A DNA stretch of 58,407 nucleotides, the filler included, from Catajapyx aquilonaris (lineage: Eukaryota): the NCBI GenBank assembly GCA_000934665.2. It is 3 parts of 3 records of this genome, joined end to end, with 100 filler letters (N's around TTAATTAATTAA, not from the genome) between each part and the next. Parts side by side here need not be neighbours in the genome. Positions count along the whole stretch, not along the records: positions 19,370 to 38,954 come from KZ539548.1; 2 more parts are not named here. One strand, given 5' to 3'. The stretch's first letter is position 1; every line of letters begins with the position of its first letter. Of this stretch, positions 24,674-35,700 are shown in pieces. Under the pieces are notes generated by a model that saw nothing but the letters and a program-made list of their open reading frames with translations, made no database searches and was not told the origin of the DNA. A program made the translations under genes and the position numbers.

Positions 24674-25747
24674 CCACCTCGTGGCCTTCAGAGGCCAATG
24701 TCCAGCGCAATTTTCAAGAAAGAGATGGCCCGCAGCACTTGACCGGCCATAAACTTATCCGCATATTTTTTTAAACGTTCACTCCGCAACAAAGATCAAT
24801 CGCGTGATGTCCGGGTGCGCATATTAATTAGCTCTCATGTCAATTAACAGCCAATTCCTGGATCTAATGTGTGCGATACGTCCTTTTCCTCATCTCTCAC
24901 CAGTGTGTTTCAATTTTTCATGTACTGTACTTCCTACATTGTTGTAAATTCGACAATTTCAGAAAATTGCTCATTTTTAGTACACAAAAGGGGTGTACTA
25001 TCACTGCAATTAATCTGGGTATTGAAGTGGGGGTTTAAATAAATTTATCCCAGACTGTTGTTTTTATGTACTGTACAAAAGTGATTTGTTCCATAATAAA
25101 TCATTGACATCATGGTGTTTCCAAACATTGTTTTTTCTTGCACAAAATTTTGCAATAACGTGCGTCATTTCCCAAAGCATATACGCCCATCCGCACACTT
25201 TCCAAAAAAAATGTATAAAATTTCATGCCAAATGGCAGGAGCCTTAATGTTCATTGCGCATATTTTCACAATGATAATTCCCCTCCTTAGCAAACTACCC
25301 TGTAATTGTCAAAATGTTCTCATCCCATCCATCAGTGCGAGTGATGCTCGCAATATCCTGCGTCCTGAGGGCGTGCATCTTAATAATTTTCTCCGCTAAA
25401 AAAAATTCGCAACATTACGCAATCCGCTCACAAAAAAAATGGCAACAAACTCTGGGGGCACAATTCGTTCCACATCCTTCGATATAAGAAAACAAGCTCT
25501 GAATAATGAAGTCATATTTGAAAGGTGGAAAAAAAATATCTGATTGTGCAATTCTAGTAATTGAATCAATCGGTGACTCTTTTTTTTGGTTCGCCTTAGG
25601 TCACAGGTCACCAATTGCAGAACCATATCTGAGGGCCAATCATAAACCGTGTCCTTTTATCTTTCCAAGAGTGGACAAAGATTCAAAAGTGGGCGCCTGT
25701 CACTGCCATTCAGCCTTCGAGAAGAAAGCAACCCCCCCCCCCTCCCC

Positions 25748-25897
25748 NNNNNNNNNNNNNNNNNNNNNNNNNNNNNNNNNNNNNNNNNNNNNNNNNNNNN
25801 NNNNNNNNNNNNNNNNNNNNNNNNNNNNNNNNNNNNNNNNNNNNNNNNNNNNNNNNNNNNNNNNNNNNNNNNNNNNNNNNNNNNNNNNNNNNNNNNN
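25748..25897. other. Assembly gap (150 N) flanked by poly-C and poly-G
   Basis: N run without the linker core. Confidence 0.95.
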
Positions 25898-26321
25898 GGG
25901 GGGGGGGGGGTGAGATTTATTTAAAATTATTGTGCATTTAGGCCATCTGATATTGACTAAATATAATGCTAAATAATTTTGCATCCACTGATTTAAAAAA
26001 ATAGTGTATATGAACATGATATCAACAATGGGAATGCTGAAGTGATGATAATATTTTCATTTTAAATGTACACAATGTCAATTTTTTCAAACACTTACAC
26101 CGTCAGAGTGTGCTAATTATTTATTAAATAATTTTGGGACACTACGATTTTTCATTTTAATTGCTGTTTAGTTTACTATTTAAGTCGTGAAAATATGCGA
26201 ACATTTCCACTCTTCTAGCAATATTTTGGGCAAATTATTTTACCAAATTGTGCATAACTGTCCTCTGCTCGTTTTGATTGTGAGAAGTGACCTGAGTGAC
26301 CCACCCTCCAAATTGTTGCAG

Positions 26322-26707
26322 ATTGTTGCAGCACTCCTTTGCGTGGCATTGGTATTGGCCAAGGAAAAGAAGGATGAGAAGCTGGACACTGCTGCTGGAG
26401 GATACCTTGGTTACGGGCTGGGTCTCGGGTATGGAGGATACGGAGGTTACGGTGGATACGGTGGGTATGGAGGTGGCCTCGGATACGGCGGGTACGGTGG
26501 ATACGGCGGATATGGTGGCGGATACGGAGGTTATGGCGGATACGGAGGATATGGCGGATACGGAGGATATGGCGGATATGGTAAAATATTTGGCTACATC
26601 TTTTTTTTTTGAAAAGTTTCGTTTACAATATTGTTCTTTCTCTTTTAGGTTATCCTGGACTTTATGGCGGATATGGCAAGGGATATGGCGGTGGATTCTA
26701 TGGCTAA
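26322..26707 (+). CDS. Secreted (GGY)n-rich protein 4, 5' partial: join(<26322..26580,26649..26707)
   Basis: IVAALLCVALVLA signal part, KEKKDEKLDTAA, GGY repeats, ends GYPGLYGGYGKGYGGGFYG*; first exon not visible; AATAAA at 26756. Confidence 0.87.
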
Positions 26708-27528
26708 ATTCATGTTGAGATCATGCAATCATGTTGATTGTGTTAATACTTGAATAATAAATTATGCGTGACACCACAGTTTATGTGTTTGGTCATTCTG
26801 AGTGTCTTCAGAGAACGTACCTGAGTTATCTGTCTTGAAAACCTACCGTCTGGGAAAGAAACAGCGTAAAATTAAATAGTAAAGTAAGAGTACAAGTAGA
26901 ATAAATTCAACAAAAAGGGCAGCTCGTAATAAAATATTTGAGCCTGAGCACTAGTTCATGGATATTTTCCTAGGAATTTATTACTGTTCTTTTCGGCGAT
27001 TTGCCAGCAAGTTGTAATGCTGATTGAAAACTGGATATGAAGCTGTCCATAATAATTTTTAAATGTTCCGAATGATTATATTCTCTATATAGGTTTACAA
27101 GTCACTATAGATTTATGCCACATCTGCCAAAATGCACTATAACTTCTATAAGAATTTTGTGGCTCTGTGCGTGAAACTAATATGTCCCATCCAGGTTAAA
27201 CTGAGAAAATAATTTGCTTAATTCATTTCCCATCTTAAACAGATGGTGTAATGATAAGTTACAATAGCGCAAGCCTAAATTGATTTCAACTTATCAGGTG
27301 GCATTCTCATCAAATATTCATAACATAGCTCAGGATCTGAAGTTTAAAAAAAAACTGTCGTTAGTTTCCTGCACAGATCTACTACATTATTAGTATGCAA
27401 TACTTCTAAGCAATTCGGTGTGATTTGAAATTCGAATTTTAAAGCCAAAAAGTGGATGAGTGAATCAAGTGCGTCGGTGTCACTAAATATAACGCGGATG
27501 CTTAAAATTATAATAATTGTAATATATA

Positions 27529-28722
27529 CCGTCAAGCGGGGTTACTTAGGCCGGGCGGGTAACTTAAGCCATTTTGCTGCGTAAATTTCGGACACTGATT
27601 TTGGCAACACTGTTTTGAGTTGAAATGTTATTTTTTATGACACAAGTTCCGTATTTAAGTGCAGTTTTGGACTGCATATTTGAATATTGTGTTTGTGTCA
27701 TAGGTAACTTTGTAAAATCTTAATTATGTTTAGGATAATTGCATCATAAATTTATACCCTGCGTAACTTTCATCGCCAACATCATCTGTTTGAATTTAAT
27801 TCGTTATAAAGATGATGAAACATAACCTGCAACAGTCCTTTTAAGGTAGTTATACTGCATAGCTTTTCCATTTTGGTGTCAATATATACTTAAAAATTAA
27901 TTGTTGCGTCATGTAGGGGGTAACATAGGCCACCTGGCCACGTAGGTCCAAGCCTGGCAGGAAGTGGGGGGATTAGCTTCTGGGGGTCAGGAGTAGGGCT
28001 GTGCGATATTTCGATACATCGACTGTCGATACGATATTTTCCTAATATCGAAGTTGCGATATCCGACGCTTGGCATGTGCGATGTATCGAATATCGCGAT
28101 GTCGGTTTTCTATATTTTTCGATGTCGGTTCGATGTCGATTTGCGATATTTTTCGATGTCGGTTCGATGTCGGTTTGCGATATTTTGCGATGTCGGTTTT
28201 CGATGTCGGTTTTTCGATTTTCGATATATCGACTTCGATTCGATATTTTTTCGGATATCGCACAGCCCTAGTAGTTGCCTAGTTGGGAGCATTGTTGATG
28301 ATGAAATGTATGTTCACATATCAGAAATATTGTTTGTTCTGTACAGCCGGTGAGCATAAAGAGAGGCCGCCATACTTTCCCTTATATTGAACTGAAATTT
28401 TGAACAATAAATTTCTGGAGCAATATGCAAATGTTTATTTTCGCCCTGTGAACGGACTTTGTTACCGTGTCATCGTCTAACATAAGCGAAACACTGAATT
28501 CTTCCTGCTGGCTTAAGTTACCCCACATCGGGGGGTAACTTAAGCCACCCCTTCTTTTTTTTGTTTTTATCATACATGTTGTAGGAAACGTTCATCCATG
28601 TATACGTCGACCGTAACTGTAGACCCATGTTTTACAACAATTAGTTAATCTCTAAAGTCAATGCTTCTTGAATTGGCAGATGTCTGAAATTGAAAAGTGG
28701 CTTAAGTAACCCCGCTTGACGG
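27529..28722. mobile_element. pogo/Tc1-type non-autonomous element
   Basis: TA|CCGTCAAGCGGGGTTACTTA ... TAAGTAACCCCGCTTGACGG|TA. Confidence 0.8.
27994..28270. mobile_element. hAT-like MITE with TCGAT/ATCGA subterminal repeats, nested in 27529-28722
   Basis: Perfect TIR TAGGGCTGTGCGATAT / ATATCGCACAGCCCTA; no 8-bp TSD recognisable. Confidence 0.7.
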
Positions 28723-31164
28723 TACTCATTATACGAGTATATATACAAGATATTTCGTTATGAAGTTCTTCATCAACTAATAGAAAAGAATGGATTCGAG
28801 CAAACTGGCTACATAATACTTTGTCAATGACATCTCATCAGAAACAGCTGTTACTATGTCTGGAAGATTGATCACAATTGTATGTTCAAATTATTAAAAA
28901 TTAAAACCTGCTAATGGCTCATTACAGGACATTTTAAATAAAACATTTTCAGTTTGGCTGATACATTAAATCCCAATTTAATAGAGCTATTTACAGTATA
29001 AATGGCAGTTAAAGGAGTGGTTTTGTAGCTACAATATTGTGCTCAAAATTTTGGTTGTTTGCATCTACCTGAAGTCCATTTCAAGTTGCCATAATTACAA
29101 TATTTCACTAAAATGCTGGCAGACCACTGTCTTGCAATGTTCATCCTGGAGTCACGCAACCCACACGACTTTCCTCTCAAGGTTAACACAAGAAAAAACT
29201 ACCATTCAACACTCAGCACCCTATTCACTATGGGGTAGCTCAGTTGCTCAAGAGATGTCGTCGCTCGTTGAGCTGCTACCATGCAAGTTCACCATCGGAC
29301 AAGAGATGGAGGACCAGGGTGAGAAATATGCACAATAAAATGGTCCACTTTTCACGCATTGTCGACCAGGTTAGTGTTACTTTATACACGCCCCCTGAAT
29401 AAAGCCTCTTTTGCACCAGGAAAGTGACGCAAGACTATTAGTAGGTTGATGATTATGCCGGATAAGATACATTCATTGATAAATGTAAACTATGTTGCAA
29501 TTACCAATGAACATAGTTGATTGCAATTGCACAAAGAGAAACTTTACGAAGAAATTAGATTTTACGGAGATCGATTTTTAAAAATATATTTGCACAGTGG
29601 TTACTTTCATATAATTACCAGTTAGCAAGTTCGAAATCACTAGTTGTAATTTAACTGTAGTATAACTCTACAGGCGTAAGTTACATTATATCTGAATTTA
29701 AATTTTTCTCTTAAGAATTGCTTTTGCAGGATCGTTATTTTTCTACTTACATATTCTGCCTAGTATCAAAACCTGGTAAAAAGTTAATCGGTTTTACTAG
29801 AAATATGGCAATGCAGTAGCCATATTTTCAAATAAACTGTGTCATATTGTTCCTATGTGCAGCGCATAGCAATTGTAAATCACATCTGCTATTTCAAGCA
29901 ATAAAAAAGTTGCTCAATATCAGCCTCTTTTCCTTCAGGTTCAAATTCTCTCTAAAGTTGGATCGTTTACTATAACAAAAGGCTATGAATTCATGTAATT
30001 TGAACACTATACTTGTACGTGTAGTGTAATAATAATAACTGAGCTATCATATTACTTTGAAAATATTGGGTTACCTGTACCAACTACTTCTCTATTTGGG
30101 TTAAGTGGCATATTTTATATCTCCATAACTTAGCACCATAACCATTACTAACCTCATAATGAACGCTCCATTTAAAAATTCAAGCGATATCACATTCTCA
30201 TGTGAAACGTTAGTCAATATTTATCGGTCCATAAAGCGTATCAATAGGAGACACTCTGAGCTTTATTTGACACTGATTTATTCGTCTATTTTCAAAACTG
30301 CACAATATTATGAAGCGTTTACTTTTTGTTAGTTTATTCAAATTATTAACTTTTACAGTGTGATTTTTAATGAATATTAAAATAATTAAACAAGATAGCC
30401 ATTTACGTATCTATAAGGTCAGGTAATATGAAAGTAAATAAATTGCGGTTTAATAAGCGATTTAATTATGAGTAATGAGCATTTTAAATATCTTGTTCCA
30501 ACAATATGTTGCATCCAATCCGATTATTGATAATTGTGTTGACTCCAATGATTAGTTTCCCACACTAATTCCTCTCCTGTTTTCAGAAATCCGAACTAAT
30601 TATACACCAGAAAAGCTTGGCTATAAAACAACTTTCTCTATTACACATTGCAACTATTTTTTTTTAACTCGCATGAGAATCACTTCGCGGATGGATAGCG
30701 CAACAAAACTGCACGTCATGAAAAATCCTTATCTCACTTTATATTACCTTCCTGATTCCCCCCTCCCACAAATAATTTCCCATTCTCATGACATAACTCC
30801 GGGGCCCCCGTGATTTAATGACACGTTCCAGTGCGACCCAATCCAATCAATCATGTGACCCAGAGCCTCACGTGTTGCCAAAACTGCCGCGTGATTTGCC
30901 AATTTTGCCCTCCAACAATACCACGGGCCATATCCCAATCGGAAACGCCAAATTAGTTTGCAAGGATTTAGCAACAGCTTGGTTTGAGAAAATATCAGAT
31001 TTGTGTCGTGAGAAGTTTGAAAAATTTGACGTGAAAAAAAAATTTGGCGTAGGAATATTTCAGCAAGTTGCTCTCACTACTTGTGGGCATAATAATTGCT
31101 TTATAAATACTGGAGTAAGTGGTTTGTAACAGACAGTGTGGATTCAGGTGCGACAAGTGTCAAT

Positions 31165-32375
31165 ATGGCTCGAAAACTGGTAAGACATCATTAGTTTTTA
31201 CGTCCTATCTCTAGTAGTGTTTGCACACTATTGTATCTAAAAATCGCTGCAGTGACAATGTAGTATGCATGCTTTTGGCACATTGTTGGCATGTAACCCG
31301 TTCAAGCAAATCATGTCAACAGGTGACATGCTGACCCCAACAGATGCTTGTAACCACATGTGCCAATCTTCAATTTAGTACGGCCATTGCTCAGTTATTG
31401 ACTATCCTTGCACCAACAATGCAGTCTTTAAAACAATGAAAGCAAATTTTAAAATCATGTAGGCGACAGTGTCTGTCCACGGTGACTCATCACCAACGTG
31501 CATGTTTTCCGCCTGAGAGCGGCAGTAGTGTGCAGAGGGGCGCCACCTGCTTGTGGAATATTGTACTACGTCCAAGGGCCGGGCCGGGCAGTGTTGCCAA
31601 GTTTTTTAAAAAAATAATGACATCAAACGATTTCAGTTATCCGAATGAATTTTAAAATATATAAATTTAATTTAAATCCTTGACAATTTCACACATTTTA
31701 TCCTTCAGATTTGTGCATACCTGGCCGTTTTTCTGGCCGTGGCCTCGAGTGAAGCCCCAAAAGGCGACAGCAAGGATGAAACTCTAGAGACCTCCGAAAC
31801 AGGTAAGACACCTGCATAATTACATTCACGTCACAGCAGTGTCAACCTGAGCAAATCCCATCTCATGAATAATAATTTTGTACACTATAACATACTACTA
31901 CCTTTTGTCCACAGGGTTCCTTGGATATCCTCTGGGTCTTGGGTACAATGGAGGCGGTCTTGGGTACAATGGAGGTGGTCTTGGGTACAATGGAGGCGGA
32001 TTCGGTTACGACAAGTTGGCCTACCCTGCTGCTCCAGTGTACAGCAAAATAGCATATCCGGCCCCGATTTACAGCAAATTGGCCTACCCTGCACCAATCT
32101 ACACCGGGAAGGTCGCCTACCCTGGACCCATTTTTGGAGGAAAATTGGGCTACCCAGGAGCACCCATCTACAATGGCAAACTTGGCTTCCCTGCACCTAT
32201 TCTTGGTGGCTACCCAGCACCGTACCCTAAGTTTGGTCTAGGACACGGTCTCGGGTACAGTGGAGTCAGCTACTCTGTATCCAATTTGGGGTATTCCACC
32301 CCATTTGTTGGGCATTACTCGGGGTACAACCCAGGGTTGGGTTTTGGCTCTGGTTTCGGCTACGGCCACTACTAG
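31165..32375 (+). CDS. Secreted Gly/Tyr/Pro-rich cuticular protein 5, 189 aa: join(31165..31179,31709..31802,31915..32375)
   Basis: TATAAA at 31102; MARKL|ICAYLAVFLAVASS signal; KDETLETSET; GLGYNGG repeats; KLAYPAAPVY/KIAYPAPIY repeats typical of insect cuticle proteins; AATAAA at 32383. Confidence 0.88.
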
Positions 32376-32617
32376 ATGCACAAATAAAGAGTTCCTGACC
32401 TTTACCTTTGAGTATTTCTGATTGTCCTTACAGTATGTGTCCTATCTATAATTGACTTTTCGTCTGATGCTTGTCCGAGCTGGTAGTACCTCTACCCCTC
32501 GCACGACCAGGAGTGGCAGGAACGTGCAGAGGGAGGATGCGCCATCTATGAGAAAAAGGAGGTAAGCTGCGACAAAGGGAGACTCGCTCTTTCTACCTCC
32601 AGCACAGAATGATGGTT

Positions 32618-32629
32618 AATAAATTTATT
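32618..32629. terminator. Palindromic AATAAATTTATT: poly(A) hexamer on both strands between convergent genes
   Basis: TTTATT 32624-32629 lies about 75 nt after the stop of the minus-strand gene. Confidence 0.55.
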
Positions 32630-32703
32630 GTACAATTTTTTTTTTTCGTGACATACACACTGTTATAACAGCGAAACCGGTTAGGTAACAGCAAACAACA
32701 TGG

Positions 32704-35700
32704 CTAAGCCGTTACAAGCGATTTTCGAGTCCTGGGAGACATCCTTCTGGATTCGAAGTGATGGAAAGGCGATGAGTACTGTCTCTCCAGATGCTCATGT
32801 AAGTCTGAGTTATCGTCTCTGATGTCCTCTTTGTCACCTCTGGAATATGTAAAGTTACTAAACTCGTCTGACGCCTCTTTACCCTTCGCACTGTCCCGTC
32901 CTTTCCGGACACCGTCGTCTTTACACAGAAAACCATGGAATGAATCTTGGCACTGCACCACTTTCTCTGTCACTGCTGGAAACACAGCGTCTCGTCGTCT
33001 GCCTGTTGACGGCGGTATCAGTCCGGCGTTGAAGTTGCCACTTCCACTTCTGGGGTTAATACCACTGCCAGGAAGAAGTGGAGGGAGGTAAGGTGGTGGG
33101 GTTCTAGGTGGAGGCGTCGGTGGCGACGGTGGTCTGGGACAGTCTGGCCTGTAGTTTGGCGTTCCAGGGACGTAACTGCAGGGACCTGGAGTTGGCCTTC
33201 TTGTCGTTGTTGTTACTGGTCTTCTGGTTGTTGTAGTTGCAGGTGTTGGTGGCCTAGGACAATCCGGACTGTAGTTCGGCGTTCCTGGGACATAGCTGCA
33301 GGGACCTGGCGGTGGTCGTCTGGTGGTCGTCGTTGTCGGTGGCGATGGCGGCCTGGGACAGTCTGGCCTATAGTTTGGCGTCCCTGGGACATAACTGCAG
33401 GGACCTGGAGTTGGCCTTCTCGTCGTTGTCGTTATCGGCCTTCTTGTTGTTGTCGTTATCGGCCTTCTGGTTGTTGTAGTTGCAGGTGTGGGTGGCCTAG
33501 GACAATCCGGACTGTAGTTCGGCGTCCCTGGGACATAACTGCAGGGACCTGGAGAGGGCCTTCTTGTCGTTGTCGTTACCGGCCTTCTGGTTGTTGTAGT
33601 TGCAGGTGTCGGTGGTCTAGGACAATCCGGCCTGTAGTTTGGTGTCCCTGGTACATAACTGCATGGACCTGGAGTTGGCCTTCTTGTCGTTGTAGTTACA
33701 GGCCTTCTGGTTGTTGTAGTTGCAGGTGTCGGTGGCCTAGGACAGTCTGGCCTATAGTTCGGTGTCCCTGGGATATAACTGCAGGGACCTGGAGTTGGCC
33801 TTCTTGTCGTTGTAGTTACAGGCCTTCTGGTTGTTGTAGTTGCAGGTGTGGGTGGCCTAGGACAATCCGGACTGTAGTTCGGCGTCCCTGGGACATAACT
33901 GCAGGGACCTGGAGAGGGCCTTCTTGTCGTTGTCGTTACCGGCCTTCTGGTTGTTGTAGTTGCAGGTGTCGGTGGTCTAGGACAATCCGGCCTGTAGTTT
34001 GGTGTCCCTGGTACATAACTGCATGGACCTGGAGTTGGCCTTCTGGTCGTTGTTGTTACTGGTCGTCTGGTCGTTGTAGGTGGAACCGGGGGTCTGGGAC
34101 AGAAAGGATCGTAGTTAGGATCTCCAGGCCTGTAACTGCAGGGTGGTGGAGACGGTGTTGGTGGACCTGGACAGAAAGGATCGTAGTTGGGATCTCTAGG
34201 ATTGTAACTGCATGGACCAGGCGATGGGAAAGGAGGAATGTACGTCGGAGGTGGGGACTTCGTCGTCTTCGGCCTCTTGGTGATTCCTTGTGAGTCAATG
34301 TCCTCGTCAGTCTCCTTATTAAACGGATCCTTGGTAGTCACAGGTCTACGAGTGGTGGTAGTCACTGTGATAGGCCTACGAGTGGTGGTAGTTATGACCG
34401 GCCTACGAGTGGTCGTAGTAGTTATGATCGGTCTACGAGTGGTAGTAGTTATGACTGGTCTGCGAGTCGTCGTAGTCGTAGGTCTCGTAGCAGGTGACGG
34501 ACAGTTAGGATCGAAGTTAGGTGTCCCTGGAACATAACTGCAAGGTGTTGGACGTCTTGTGGTTGTTGTAATAGGTCTACGAGTGGTCGTAGTTGTAGTT
34601 CTCGTGGCTGGAGATGGACAGCTTGGATCGTAGTTAGGCGTCCCTGGAACATAACTGCATGGTCCACGAGTAGTAGGTCTGGTTATAACTTGTGAATCGG
34701 TCTGGGCATCAGTGATAGGTCGTGGCCTCGAAGTTCCGGTCGTAAATGGTCTTCTTCCGTTACCAGGCTTGCACAAGAAGCTGTGGAAAGCGTGTTGACA
34801 CTTGTCGTATCCTTCGGTGCCGTAACCAGACGGTGTTGAAGTAGTTCTCTTCGGTGTTAGTGAATCAGCATCGATGATCTCATCAGTTTCGTGACACTCT
34901 GGATCTCTAGGGTTAAAGTACGGGCTGTCGGGATCTTTGCTGCACTTTGGTGATCTCGTGCTGGTTGGATAAGTGAACGTGACTCTTGGTGTCGTGTACG
35001 TGTAACCACTTGTTGTAGGACGTGTAGTAGGACGTGGTGTAGGACGTGTAGTGGGACGTGGCGTAGTGGGCCTAGGACATGCTGGATCGTAATTAGGATC
35101 TTGTGGATTAAAACTGCAAGGGCAATTAGGATCATAATTCGGATGTCGAGGATTAGGACTGCAGCGACATGATGGATCGTAGTTGGGATCACGTGGATTA
35201 ATACTGCATGGACAGCTAGGGTCATAATTGGGATCACGAGGATTTGGACTACACCTTGGAGGTTGTGTCGGACGTGTTGTCGGACGTGTCGTTGGACGTG
35301 GGGTTGGACGTGTGGTCGGTGGGTATGTGAATGTGACTCTTGGTGTAGTGTATGTGTATCCGGTTGTTCTGCTCGGTGTCGGTGTTGGTCGTGTTGTTGG
35401 ACGTGTTGTTGGACGTGTTGTTGGCCTCGTCGTTGGAGCTGGGGTAGGGCATAAAGGATCATAGTTGGGATCACGAGGGTTGTAACTACACGGACAGTTG
35501 GGATCATAGTTCGGATCACGGGGATTAAGACTGCATCTGCAAACCGGATCATAATTAGGATCACGTGGATTAGTGCTGCATGGACAGTTCGGATCATAGT
35601 TGGGATCACGTGGGTTTGGACTGCATCTTGGTGGCTGAGTCGGACGTGTTGTCGGACGTGTTGTTGGACGTGTGGTGGGGCGTGTTGTTGGCCTCGTCGT

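Noticed and set aside
28042..28353. Five overlapping short ORFs
   Set aside because: Low-complexity TCGAT repeats of a MITE
30868..30873. TCACGT chorion hexamer upstream of gene 5
   Set aside because: About 230 nt upstream of TATA, not at the canonical proximal position and not matched in the other promoters
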